From contig OX597818.1 of the NCBI GenBank assembly GCA_951406725.2, positions 98,766,001 through 98,830,000 of the forward strand: 64,000 nucleotides of DNA, given 5' to 3'. The notes below the pieces were generated by a model. The model saw only the letters and a list, made by a program, of their open reading frames with translations, was not told where the DNA came from and ran no database searches. Below, piece after piece: positions 1-12,725 of this stretch. Source of the stretch: Octopus vulgaris. Taxonomy: Eukaryota. The translations under genes and the position numbers were made by a program. Within the stretch, counting starts at the first letter, position 1, and every line of letters starts with the position of its first letter.

Positions 1-659
1 TCTTTTAATTACAGACACAAGAAAATTAACTACTAGTAATGTAGTTGGTACTACATATATTCAAGGAGATAGAACAGCAACATTCGTATGCCCTTTAGAC
101 GAGGGAGACTCACTTTCTCAGTGGAAAGGAGACAACTTTACAGCCAACTGTTCCGGATCAAATTCTAGAAATCAGTTAAAATTTTTTGCAATCAATATAA
201 CATGTGACCCGAAGAGTTCAACTTTAGTCCTCATGATTTCCCATCGGGTATCTAAAATGGAAATGTTTTGTGACAGTTACTTAAAGAAAAGAAAAGTATT
301 TAAAGTAACAACACCTGAGTGTAAGTCTGATTTTTTGATTTTTGATTTTCCAGTTTCAGCTAATGAGCTGTGGCCATGCTGGGGCACCGCCAGTACATTT
401 AATATGTATAATTTCCCAATACATCCTCTTTTACTCATATAACATAATAACGTTTCAAATAATGCTATCTTCCCTGGCATTGACATTCCTATATAATAAT
501 CTAAAGCGTTACTGTAAACTCAGGCAACTAGATACACTGCAGGACAAACTCTGATGAAAGTGAAAAAACTGCCAAAATGAACACCTTGCAGACCAATACC
601 TTTGACTATTTTTCCTTATAGATTCATTATTGGCAAATAGAAAATCATATACGAAAACC

Positions 660-2150
660 TACTGAAATGTTTAACATTTAATCTTTATTTCTTATTCTAT
701 GTGTTCTTTCCAGCATTATTCTTCTGTTTTCGTTCTGCAATTCCCATCTTCTCCATCTATCAACTTGTCCTTAAAGTATTTTTATCTTTGTTTCTCACAA
801 ATTCGTCTGCGCCAGTATGGTTCTCTACGTTCTGTTTGTTCTTCTTTTGTACCCAACTCTGTCTGTAGCAACCATAGCTGCAGCCCAAATAATCTTGTTA
901 GTTTCAGTTATATTTCTCGTCTGGAATAGCCCAAGGGCTGAATCTATCTTTTCGGTTTCAACTTTGAGCTTGTATTGATCAATGTACCTCAGATTTCAGA
1001 GGTGGGTGCTTGATCCTGGTTATCTCTAATACATCGGCACAGCATCCTCACTGTTTCTTGTTGATCATCATCGTATTCTTTTGATATAACACTTCCTATT
1101 ACTTCAGGTTCATTTGCTGAGAGTGCATTTACATTTACAATTTGCTCTGTCTTCACTACCGCCTTTCATTTTTCTGTTCTCAATGGGAACGATATCTGAT
1201 GAAGTATTATTTCTATCTTTTACTTTCCTTTTTATCTCTCCTATTTCTATGTCTGTTAACCACCCTTTTGCTCTTATTGCTCTTGCCTGGTCGGCTAACC
1301 GTTGCTCACTTGTCTCGAAGCGTCCTATCCCATTCCATTTTGTTTTCATTCGTTGTCGGAATCCCCTTCTGCTGGGTTCACTCTTGATCCAGCATCCAAT
1401 TATCGTTCGGTTTGTCTTCTTATCTCATCTTCTTCTCTGCCTCTGACTTTGTGTACAAGCAGTCTTTGATGACGACTAGGCCTGTGCAACTCAACCACAG
1501 AGCACCTGCCGGACGAAAGGCTTTCACCTTTGGTTCCAGCCTCATTAACACCATTATTTGATATATTTATTTTATACATCTTTATTATACATACCTTTGA
1601 GGTATGTGTTTTAAGGTTAGCCACCAACCGGTATTTTTATCGAGACACCATCTCTAATAAGATTGTCAACCAAGACTGCAAAGTTGGATCTGTTCCCTTT
1701 GCATTTCTGTGTGTTGGGGATCATGATCGTGATTCTCAATAGGAGACAGGTGAGCGTAATTTGGTCCCGTATCTTCATCCAAATATTGCTCCAGAGTTAA
1801 GTCCCGATTCGCGGTTCATTCGCCTTCATCCCAGGCATGAAGCCGTTGGACAGGTTGTCACCACTTTGAATACGGAGTCCAATCTACCCCAGTTTTAAAT
1901 CAGAATGTTTCTACTCCTAGACAGACTGCCAATCAAGGCTCACGAGTTCTGTCAACCTGTTTTCGGAATGGCCATTGATTCTTTTGAGTTCCTCTGTCCT
2001 TTGTCGGGTTTTGTATTTTATCTCGTGGGTCTCGAAAATCCACCCTTGTCATCAAGCAAACTTAGTGGAGTTGCCGGTTTAGTCGCTGATGACTCGACGA
2101 TTTCACAATGCTACTTGTTTATCATTCCGGGTAATTATCAATCTGGGTAA
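660..2150 (-). mobile_element. Degraded 5' part (UTR plus N-terminal ORF) of a Dong/R4-clade non-LTR retrotransposon
   Basis: Minus ORF 1110-1349 (MKTKWNGIGRFETSEQRLADQARAIRAKGWL) and a downstream PYWRRRI-type motif resemble R4/Dong N-termini. Many stops; boundaries approximate. Confidence 0.55.
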
Positions 2151-2173
2151 TTGTTTACTTGTTTACTATTATA

Positions 2174-2402
2174 TATTTCTTTATTGCCCTCAAGGGGCTA
2201 AACATAGAGGGGACAAATAAGGACAGACAAAGTGATTAAGTCGATTACATCGGCCCCAGTGCGTAACTGGTACTTTATTTATCGACCCCGAAAAGATGAA
2301 AGGCAAAGTCGAACTCGACGGAATTTGAACTCAGAACGTAACGGCAGACAAAATACGGCTACGCATATCTCCCGGCATGCTAACGTTTCTGCCAGCTCGC
2401 CG
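2174..2402 (-). mobile_element. tRNA-derived SINE with Meta-domain-like core (family M)
   Basis: Reverse complement reads GGCGAGCTGGCAGAAACGTTAGC...GAGTTCAAATTCC (A/B boxes)...GCCTTTCATCTTTTCGGGGTCGATAAAT. More than 10 copies in the window. Confidence 0.85.
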
Positions 2403-2629
2403 TGTTGTTTACTATTATAATTACACTATTACTACTATAATCCCTATCTTATTATTTACTTGTTCACTACTATAGTTTCACAATTATCACTATACTTATA
2501 TCATTACTATAAGGCCTAGAGGTCCTAATATTGTCTCCCCTGATTTCTTTAGACAATAGAGTGGATGAAAACTCGGCCATATCTGCAATAGAGTGGATGA
2601 AACCATTGCCCATATCACAAACGAATGCC

Positions 2630-3095
2630 CTAGATTTGCCCCAAACCACTACAAGTTGTGACGACACGACCAAGTAGTGAAAGTGCTACATTGAAAACTG
2701 TGAAGAGTGGGAGCTAGAGAGAAGCAAGACGTGGTATGAGCACAAACCGCAGAGATTGGCGGAGTCGGAGACAAACAAAACTCTCTGGGATTTCCTATTC
2801 CAAACAGAATAGGTGCTAGAGCATAACAGACCGGACCTGGTGGTAGTGGACAAAATGTACCACATGTGCTATATAGTTGATGTCGCATATCCCTTTGACC
2901 CACGAACAGCAAAAAAGAAGGCGAAAAAATAAATAAATGCAACCCTCTTGAGTACGAAATAGCCCTGCTATGGAAAGTGAAGAAGGTAAAAAAGTGCCAA
3001 TTATTGTTGGCTCCTTGGGAACAGTATTAGAAGGCATCAAGAGAAATATCAAGGAAAATGGAATAGAGTACCCAACAGAACTGTTACAAAATAAC
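2630..3095 (+). mobile_element. Degraded Dong/R4 LINE 3' fragment (RLE endonuclease region)
   Basis: Pieces translate to WYEHKP..LWDF..HNRPDLVVVDK..IVDVA.P..VPIIVGSLG, the same motifs as the 10.8-18.6 kb elements. Followed by an AAT-rich tail. Confidence 0.7.
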
Positions 3096-3277
3096 AATTA
3101 CCATAATAATTATACTAATTATAACAAGAACACCATTAGTTTCTGTAAAAATAGAATTACAAATCTGGTAATAATTATGAGTATGACAGTATTAAGAAGT
3201 GCAGCGTGGAAGGTGTTTATACGCCATTTAAGAAACACACAAAAACCGTTAGATTCACTTCAACACTTAAATTTAAT

Positions 3278-3326
3278 TTGCCAAAATATTTTCGTCGCTT
3301 TGAGACCGTGACCTGTTCACTAACAA
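3278..3326 (-). ncRNA. Type I hammerhead ribozyme candidate, G3:C8 core variant
   Basis: Minus strand: UUGUUA-GUGAACA-G-GUCAC(loop)GCGAC-GAA-AAUAUU-U-UGGCAA. Stem I, stem II and a palindromic stem III are all present. The same repeat family recurs, internally deleted, at ~41465-41575 (+). Confidence 0.55.
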
Positions 3327-3876
3327 AATTCCGTGCTGCATCAGTTACGTACTGGGGTCGATCTAATCGACTGGTCCCAACTCTCCAAAAATTTCGGTCC
3401 TTTTGCCTAGATTAGAAATGAATTTATTGTCTGATACCTAAAAAATCTGCTATCCCCCTTCTCTTATTCACCTATTTTGTTTTTATTTGTTTATTTTCTC
3501 AATGTTAACTGAGATCATCTAAAGTTTAAATACCAAACTGACTTTCCTTAAGATATATTTCATCTCAGCTTGCTATCTTTCTACCATCCCTCTCCTTGTA
3601 TTTAATTACTTCCTTGTATTGATCCTAAAATTTCAGTTCTTATTTGATTTTCAAGTATGTATATCGCCTCGAAAAAGTTATGTTAACATAAATTTTTAGA
3701 CATACCTGATATCAGAGTCAATTCAGTTTGAAACGACTTGTGCATTGTATCATTCGTTTATTATACTTAAAGATACTTACAAAGCTGAAACGCATGATGG
3801 CCTTTTCTGTGGTGTAATCTCGTGTTAAAAGAGTGTTATTCTCCATTCTAGTTAATGTCTTTTTATAATATAAAGA

Positions 3877-4777
3877 TAAGATGGGGTACCCAAAAGTAAC
3901 CGGAAGCATTCTTTGTGGAACAATACCGTTGTAGTTCAGGCTTTCATTGCTAGAAGCCACTTTATGCGACACTCAAGTATCGGTCTGCTGACCAGCGTTG
4001 TCTGCTGACCGGCCATATGGTGCGTCTTTGTTATGCAGAGTTTCTCCCTTGTTCGTCGATTTTTGCGATGGCTGGAAGGAAGGAACAGCGTCATACTTTT
4101 GTGAAATTCTGTTTTCTGCTAGGGAAAATGGCAGCTGAAACAGTTGTGTTGCTTCATAGAGCTTACAAGGGCGCTGTTAACAAAACATAAGTTCACGAGT
4201 GGTTTTCCCGCATTGGGAATGGTCATTTGTTGCTTGATGGCCAACCTCGTCCAGGGCGACTGTCGACATCCTGAATGAATGAAAGCATCATGAAAATTCA
4301 TGAACTGATGTTGGAGGAGCGTCACGAACAACTGAAGAACTTGCTGTTATGACTGGTGTCTTCTGGAGCTCCTGCCAACGAATTTTGGGCGAGGAATTGC
4401 GAATGAAAATATTTGCAGCAAAATTTGTGCCTCGTTTGCTCAAGGATGATCAAAAACAGTCACGACTGAATGCGTGTTCTGAACCGAAAGAACAGCTGGA
4501 AGTTGATCCGGACCTTTTTTCGAAGGTTATGACTGTTTACGAAAACTGGTGTTACGGAATTTGAAGATGTGGGAGAGGTGAAGAAAAAAACGACAAATGC
4601 GTTAAAAGGCATCACTTCGCAAGAATTCCAGCAATTCTTCGGATAGTGGAAACTGTGCCTGAACTGATGCATTGGTTCCAATGGAGACTACTTTCAAGGC
4701 GGTATAAGTGTAAGCGAGTAAAACTAAGTGAATAAAATAATATTGCAAAATCCCGGTTTCTTTGGGTGCCTCTCGTA
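3877..4777 (+). mobile_element. Internally deleted mariner transposon relic
   Basis: Translates to VKFCFLLGK..HEWF..GRxS..CQRILGEELRMKIFAAKFVPRLL..DPDLFSKVMT. Imperfect TIRs at ~3877 (GGGGTACCCAAAAGTAACCGG) and ~4777 (CCGGTTTCTTTGGGTGCCTCTCGTA). Confidence 0.75.
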
Positions 4778-5487
4778 CATATATGTGTACGAATCTCCTC
4801 ATGTGATCTTATGATGGGTATCTCGTTAAATAAACACTGTCTCGCTCGGTTTTAATACTGCACGTTGCTAGCGACTATGTTTAAACCAATTTCCGTCTCT
4901 CTCATTTGTTACATACTCAATGTACACTGAGGAGATACCGTGATAGATCCAACAACTATTGTAAAAGTACTGTGGATGACATCAGGTAGCCATAGGGCAG
5001 TGAACGGCATCATCAGCTTACTACTAGATACAGACCCAACACTTAAATATTTATTCATATGTGTGTATGTATATATGTATATGTGTGTGTGTGTGTGTGT
5101 GTGTGAATGTGTATTTACGTATACATTCGTGCGTGTGTGTGTGTCTATCTTTATATTTTCGATAAATGAACTTAAATAAAACGTTGAATGATTATCAAAC
5201 TTTTCTTAATTCCCATTATTTTGTTTATATATTTATTTGTATCTATCTCATATATATTTTCAAATGTGACTGCTTGTTAAATATTCCTTATTTTTAAAAG
5301 AATGTTACTGTAATAATTTTGCTTACACTTTCGTGAAACTCTATAAAGAGTGGATTGTTAATATCACTACCGTCTTTCTTTTGTAGCTACGGGAGGTGCA
5401 CTGGGTGGTAAGTAATATATATTTTGAAAGTATTTTTTATTGATGATAGAATTCAAAGTATTGTATATTATCTTATGAACAGTTTTT

Positions 5488-5534
<47 letters not shown>

Positions 5535-5794
5535 TATAGTCACTTCTTTAAATACATACATGTATACAAATAGACACAAACATACGGGAAATCATGATAA
5601 GCATAAATTTATAATATTAGTTCATACGCATATTTCTCCTTTATGGTTGCTTGGGATCCTGAATTTAATGTTCTATGTGTATTTGTGTACCTAAACAGAA
5701 CAGATCATACGGGAATACTTTATTGCATTAAGTTGCAGGGAACTAATGCCAAGAATTGTGTAGATCATGAGGAATTATATAAGCATCGTGTGGC

Positions 5795-6296
5795 GGCGCA
5801 ATGGCCCAGTGGTAGGGCAGCGGACTCGCGGTCGTAGGATCGCGGTTTCGATTCCCAGACCGGACATTGTGAGTGTTTATTGAGCGAAAACACATAAAGC
5901 TCCACGAGGCTCCGGCAGGGGGTGGTGGTGAACCCTGCTCTACTCTTTCACCACAACTTTCTCTCACTCTTTCTTCCTGTTTCTGTTGTACCTGTATTTC
6001 AAAGGGCCAGCCTTGTCACTCTGTTTCACGCTGAATCTCCTCGAGAACTACGATAAGGGTACACGTGTCTGTGGAGTGCTCAGCCACTTGCACGTTAATA
6101 AATGAGCTGCGACGTCACTGGTGCCAAGCTGTATCGACCTTTGCCTTCCCCTTGGATAACATCGGTGGCGTGGAGAGGGAGGCTGGTATGCGTGGGCGAC
6201 TGCTGGTCTTCCATAAACAACCTTGCTCAGACTTGTGCCTCGGAGGGTAACTTTCTAGGTGCAATCCCATGGTCATTCATGACCGAAGGGGGTCAC
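5795..6296 (+). mobile_element. tRNA-derived SINE (family R), tail type A
   Basis: GGCGCAATGGCCCAGTGG (A box) and GGTTTCGATTCCC (B box). The head is shared with the copies at 22390-22576 (-) and 49369 (+). Confidence 0.8.
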
Positions 6297-6559
6297 AAAA
6301 TATAAGCATTGTGAGAGGGAAATAGAAAGAAAGCAATTGGCAGTGAAAGAAAAAGTGAGATTAAAAAATAAGAGAGAAAGTGGGAGAAGACAAATGGAGA
6401 ATGAAGAGAGAAAAAGAAGACAGAACAGAAAAAGGGAGAAAGAAATGCAGAGAAAACAGGAAGAAATTTAAAAAAAAAACGAAAGAGAAACAAGAAGGGA
6501 AGGAAGAAATAGTAAGTTGGACAACAACAAAAGGGATAAATAAAAATATGAAAATATGA

Positions 6560-6951
6560 GCAAAACGCCCCCCGTCCAATGGACGGTGCTGAGTTGTCAA
6601 AATTTTAAACCAAATTTTCTCAAAACAACTTGTCCGACCGTTCCATAGGCCTCCCCTTTGAGAAAAACTGATTTAACCTAAATTTGAGACACCAGCAACA
6701 GAAGAAATAAAGACAGACATTTTCTCGCGTACGCGTAGTATCGATCGGAACAGCTGATGTACTTGCGCGTACAAATGCATGTTCCCACGTGCATTCTCAC
6801 CTGGAATCGATTTTTGTAAATTTTTCAAGACTTATACACGCCTTGATACCGTCGGTATCTACATATCAAATTTAAGCGCAATCGGATGGAGGATACCCGA
6901 AATCCTAGAAGACACAAAGACAGACAGACAGAAAAGATTTTATATAATAGA
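6560..6951 (-). mobile_element. 5' part of a non-autonomous Helitron-like element
   Basis: Minus strand begins A|TCTATTATATAAAATCTTTTCTGTCTGTCTGTC, like the complete element at 43053-43600. 3' CTAG end not found. Confidence 0.5.
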
Positions 6952-7074
6952 TATAGCATTCGTGATAAAGTAAGTGAAATTAATATAATTGATTAATTAA
7001 ATAAAGTAGTTAATAAATAGATACAGCCAATGGATAGAGAAAAATAAAAAAATGCGTAGTAGGAAAGAGAGCAA

Positions 7075-7158
<84 letters not shown>

Positions 7159-7195
7159 TGTGTGTTTGTGTGTGCATTTGTGTGTGTGTTTGTGT
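7075..7195. repeat. (TG)n microsatellite
   Basis: Direct reading. Confidence 0.95.
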
Positions 7196-8538
7196 TTTTC
7201 GTAATATCTCCTACATTTGCTCCATATATATCATAACTACTAATATCATCAAGTATAGTAGTTGCTTAGGCACTATACTGGAAGTAGATTAGATAATCTT
7301 CGTGGGTCTCTAAACTCAAGAATAGCAGTCGTACATTTTCTTAGTGAACATAAGATACAATATATCCAATCGTATATAAATTCACGCAGTCAGGTATATG
7401 TGCACGCATACATAAGCATATTCATATACATACATATAAATGCATGAATATGGACGTATGCTCATTAACATATGCTACTACTACTACCGCCACCACTACT
7501 ACTAATAATAATACTGCTGCTGCTGAAGTTGTTGCCATTATTGTTAGAATGATCCAGTAGATTTCTCACCTTAATTCCAATTGCTTATCCTTTTGCAGAC
7601 CCTTCTGTTAATCGTAGAAGGATCGCATATTTGAGAGGTTGAGGTAGGTGGGCTCGGTTTCATGCATTTGAACCAGGCCTTCGAGCCCAGAATTTTTGAG
7701 ACCTTTCCATGTTTCTAAGTTTCCTTTTGTGTTTGACGTCGGTTATAAAATCTCCCGGACATTTCGTTTATCCTGTTGGTTGTCACTGAAAGGAGTAGAT
7801 TTGAGTATGTCATATAGGAGGTCATGTACGACTGCATCTTGCTTTTCAGATAGTCGAGATGAATTCAATTATTTTACTGGATCAGACAGGTTATCGTTTG
7901 CAAGACTTCGTACTTCGGATCTGCATGTGCAAACAGTTTAGTGAAGTGCATAGACTTGAGACGAAACAGTGACGTCGAAAGATGTTTTGTTTTATTTACA
8001 CAGACTAAAAATTGTGGAGCCACCCTGATAACATTATTAACAAGCTATTACAGAGTTATTTTGGTTGAGAAGAAGCCGATATGAGTATTCTGTAGGAGGT
8101 CCCAGGATCCTCTTTGGGATGGATCAATGAAAAAAACTGAAATTTGTGTCATGAAAGAACAGTACATGAAGGTATATTTTGCTTTCCTGACTTAGCATAA
8201 GTAGGACTTAGCATAAGTTGTGGTTGCAGGACATCAGGTCGTAGTTTTTCGCTCATTTGAGGAGTTTAAAGGGCACTGCATACATACACCTTAAGAGGTG
8301 TGAGAAAAAAGAGCAAGACACACATGTAGTGCGGACTACAGGAATCGAAAATCTTTATTGAATACATGATTAGAAGGATGAATTTTGGGGACGATGGATG
8401 CCGCGTAAGTACCAACCCTACACTTATTAAATAGGAGCTATTGTAGTGTCTATTCTGGTATGTACAGATGAGTTTAGGGTTACATTTCTTAGTTAGAAGT
8501 ATACAATATGTTTTCGAAGATGGTAAGTAGAGTCAAGG

Positions 8539-8770
8539 GTGGCACGCTGGCAGAAACGTTAGCACACCGGGCGAAATGTGTAGCCGTATTGCGTCTGCCG
8601 TTACGTTCTGAGTTCAAATTCCGCCGAGGACGACTTTGCTTTTCATCTTTTCGGGGTCGATAAATTAAGTACCGGTTACGCACTGGGGTCGATATAATCG
8701 ACTTAATCTGTTTGTCTGTCCTTGTTTGTCCCCTATGTGTTTAGCCCCTTGTGGGTAGTAAATAAATAGG
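8539..8770 (+). mobile_element. SINE family M copy
   Basis: Same head, core and tail as 2174-2402. Confidence 0.85.
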
Positions 8771-9589
8771 TAAGTAGGGTCGAGAAAAGAAGTTGTTTGC
8801 GGTGACAGAAATGTTTCTGATGGGAATATTGCTGGGCTTATAACTGAGTGTGAGGATGGTGCTGCTAATGATAATGATGGTTTGATGTTAATATATTTGA
8901 AAATAATAACTATTATTATCATGCTTACCTCCCTTCTCACATCAGTTCTAATCGGAGCAAACCTACAATCAAAGGAATACGAATAGGACTACATTATCCA
9001 TTGAGTTTTCCGTTGTTCAGTACGGGTTGTGATTCGAGAGCGATATGAATACTGTTTTATAACAGGCAGATTGCCTAAAGAGTTCCCTACCTTGGCTTGC
9101 ATCGTGTGAAATGTATAATGATATTGAAATGCATGCATAATATTTTAATGAAATTTGTATTTGCTTATCTTGTATTGTAGATAACTTGGAGTACGTTGTA
9201 ATTATAAGTTTGTTGATTCTTCTCCTGATTGCCGTGATTATCTTTAATGGTATATGTTTTATGACGTCTGTAGGACGTCACTACTGGCTTAAAAGGGCAG
9301 ATACGTTTGAGAGTACAACGTCAACTCAGAGATGTAAGTAAATAATAATGCAAATTGTCTATATACGTATATGTGTATGTATATACATATGTACATATAT
9401 ATGAACATACACAAGCACACACACACATACGCACGTACACACACACACACACACACATACGCATGTACACACACGCACACAACCAAACACGCATGCACAC
9501 ACACAAACATCATATATATACATTTATGTATTATTCTTTTACTCGTTTCAGCCATGCGGTAACAGTCATGCTGGAGCACCACCGTAGTA

Positions 9590-9810
9590 TTTCTGATTTC
9601 TTCAGTCTGGGGTGTTTCATATCACCACTCCTGTATGTGCCTTTGTCCAAGCTGTTGGCCAATTTGGTGTATAAGGAAGTGTGATTCTGTTGCCCTCATC
9701 TCTATATCATCTTGAGTTCATCCGGAATGATGAAGCAGAGGTTGTCTAGTTCCTTTTTGAAGACATTTACTTCCACCTTATGCAGATTTCTTAAATTTTG
9801 TGGCAGGACA
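9590..9810 (-). mobile_element. CR1/L2-like LINE 3' end fragment
   Basis: LPQNLRNLHKVEVNVFKKELDNLCFIIPDE resembles the C-terminal end of CR1-like ORF2. Confidence 0.5.
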
Positions 9811-9912
9811 TATATATATATATACAAGTGTGTGTGTGTGTGTGTGTGTGGATGTTTATATATACTCGTAATATGTATACATATGTATGTATCAAAATAG
9901 AGAGAGAAAACG

Positions 9913-10140
9913 CGGCGAGCTGGCAGAACCGTTAGCACGCCGGGCAAGATACGTAGCTGTATGTCGTCTGCCGTTACGTTCTGAGTTCAAATTCCGCCGA
10001 GGTCGACTTTACCTTTCATCCTTTCGGGGTCGATAAATTAAGTACCAGTTACGCACTGGGGTCGATGTAATCGACTTAATCCGTTTGTCTGTCCTTGTTT
10101 GTCCCCTCTATGTTTAGCCCCTTGTGGGTAATAATAAAAA
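9913..10140 (+). mobile_element. SINE family M copy
   Basis: GGCGAGCTGGCAGAACCGTTAGC...CCTTTCGGGGTCGATAAATTAAGTACC...GCCCCTTGTGGG. Confidence 0.85.
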
Positions 10141-10664
10141 AAGAAAATAGAGAGAGAAAAAAGGCGAGTGAGCAAGACACGTAATGCTGATATCACGTTG
10201 CTTTATGGAATTTTCCAAAAAGAATCTGTCTTAGTAAGTCAGCTTGGTTGTACTATACCCTAAAGGACCCCTTTTCCCCCTATTTTAATATCATGTCAAA
10301 ATAAACAGCACATGCTGTTACAGGTGATGCCCAGTTAGAATTTTCTTTAGGTTGAGTATCCCATCTCACTCAAAAGGTGCTTGGATAAGATTTGGCAAGT
10401 ATGTGGCTCGTAGCAAACAAGCTGATGTCGACCAGAAACACATGCATCAATGGTTACGAAGCTCAGGGCTAAAAGCAGAGAGTGAAGATGATGAATGAAA
10501 CAACCATTTTTCCCGGTGTGAATTATTTAAACCCACAAAACTCTCTTTCGTCATATGCGTCATATATATAAAGATAAATCATGTACATGATGACTCTTCC
10601 TATCAGTTAAAAACAGAAGCGATGAGAGCCACTGTCTGGTATTGCATCAGGGCATTTATTATTA

Positions 10665-12640
10665 TTTTTTTTTTTTCCTTCTTTCAAATTTGCTTCCATT
10701 TCTTGCTGAGTGTCTTCCCGACTCCTAGGGCAAAGAAACTCATAGTATACATTGGTAGGCCAACATTGGTAGACCATTAAACTAAACTCACTAGTTCGTT
10801 CATTTTTTTTTTAAGTTAAATTAAAATACATGGGTAGTAATAGTTCTCACATCGACAATGCTCTTCTCAATACGTGTGATGTACCAGTTAAGACAATCTT
10901 TTGCACTTCTTGCAGGGATGGTAAGCTAGGGATCATTCTCATATAATTTTCGGTTCCCTTCTTGATCATTCCTAGTGCTCCTACGATCACTGGTATTGTA
11001 ACCGCCTTGAGATGCCACATTTTCTCAATTTCAATGAGCAGGTCTTTATATTTTCTGAGCTTGTCAAACTCTTTCGCCGAGATATTATGATCACAGGGGA
11101 TGCTCATGTCGATCAATAAGCAAACTTTATTGTTTTGGTCTTTCACAACAATATCCGGTTTATTGGTTTTGATGGTTCGGTCTGTATGTACTAGAAAGTC
11201 CCACAGAATCGTTACATTTTCTCCTTCAGTTACAGCTTCAGGGTGGTGATTATACCACTTGTCGGCAGTTTTGATATTGTAATGCCGACTTATTAGCCAG
11301 TGTAGATATTGGCCAACTCTGTCATGTCTTAATTTATACTCCACTGGTGCTAAGACTTTACATCCAGAGATTAGGTGGTCCACTGTTTCAATCATGTCGT
11401 TGCAGAATCGGCATTTTGGGTCTGCTCCATTTTTCATCACATTGGCCTGGTTGTTCCGGGTTAATAGGCTTTGATATTGAGCAGCCAGGATGAAACCTTC
11501 GCTCTCTGCTTTTAGCCCTGAGCTCCGTAGCCACTGATGGGTTTGCTTCTGGTCAACATCAGCTTGTTTGCTGCGGGCCACATATTTGCCGTGCAGAGGT
11601 TTCTCCTCCCACCTATCAGCCAATTGCTCGTGCGCTTTTTTCGTTGCCATTATTTTCACCTTCTTTGCAACAATAGTTGCCGTACTTCCCTCGGGTTGTT
11701 CAGTTTGGGTATCCTGCACGAGATCAATAGCACATTTTTTGCTTTCCTTTATGATAGAATGAAGCTTCTTTCGTCTTTCGTGATTTTCCACGAGCTTTAG
11801 CATCCAGTCATTCGTTATTTCGAGATATTTGCCCAGTCCAATTGTGGTTGTTTTGTAAGCTAGTTCAAATTGGATCAGGCCTTGACCTCATTGGGCTCTG
11901 GGAAGGTAAAGGCGATCTACGTCTGCCTTTGGGTGGTGCATCCTATTACAACTCAGCAGCTTGCGTATTTTCCTATCTATATTCTTTACTTCACTCATAT
12001 TCCAGTTCAACACATTGTAGCTATAAGTAACAACTGGAACTGCTAAGGAATTTATAGCTAACACCTTGTTACGTGCATTTAGTTCAGATTTCAGGACTGC
12101 ACAAACTCTCCTATAACATTCCTTCCTGATCTTCTCTTTCATGTTTGCATGCTGAATACCAGAGCCTTCATTTATCCCTAAATATGTGTATGTTTTTTTC
12201 TTGCTCAAGCTCTCTTATGACTGTGTCAACATCTAACACGACTGAATTTGTGGTCTTCACTTTCCCTTTCTCGAAAGTGGCCTTGGCACACTTCTCAAGC
12301 CCAAACTCCATCCCGATGTCATCGCTGAATGCTTTCACAATGTGCAATAGGCCTTCAAGTTCATTATCGTCTTTACCATAGAGTTTTAAGTCATCCATAT
12401 AAAAATAGATGGCTTATTTTTTTATTGGCAATTTTATACCCATACCCTGTTCTGTTTAATTCACTTGTAAGGGGTATTAGGGCTATGCAGAATATTAAAG
12501 GTGAAAGTGAGTCACCTTGAAAAATTCCACAGTTGATGTTTGTATTTTCTGAGGCAAGTACTCCATTAGAGTGGTATAATTGGAGATTCGTATTCCACAA
12601 CGACATATTGTGCTTCAGGAAGCTTGAAATCACAGGGGAA
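10665..12640 (-). mobile_element. Dong/R4-clade LINE copy A (RT C-terminal half + CCHC zinc knuckle + RLE endonuclease), 5' truncated and frameshifted
   Basis: GIFQGDSLSPLIFC, (Y)MDDLKLY, CRFC..H..SGC, RHD, KPDIVV..LIDMSIP..K..KY across ORFs 12391-12640, 12168-12398, 11888-12208 and 10847-11803. The 5' end abuts (TAT)n. Confidence 0.9.
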
Positions 12641-12724
<84 letters not shown>

Positions 12725-12725
12725 G
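12641..12725. repeat. (TAT/AAT)n target tract between Dong copies A and B
   Basis: Direct reading. Confidence 0.95.

Noticed and set aside
1750-2150. Possible HDV-like ribozyme in the 5' UTR of the degraded Dong element
   Set aside because: Expected by analogy with R2/R4 elements, but I could not build the nested double pseudoknot by eye; needs a covariance-model search.
4922-5020. CTGAGGA followed by a GATACCGT/ACGGCATC stem
   Set aside because: The GAAA half of the core and the closing stem I are missing; at best a heavily decayed relic.
5795-5870. tRNA-like sequence with A and B boxes
   Set aside because: No proper acceptor stem and continuous with a multi-copy SINE body, so it is a SINE head rather than a tRNA gene.
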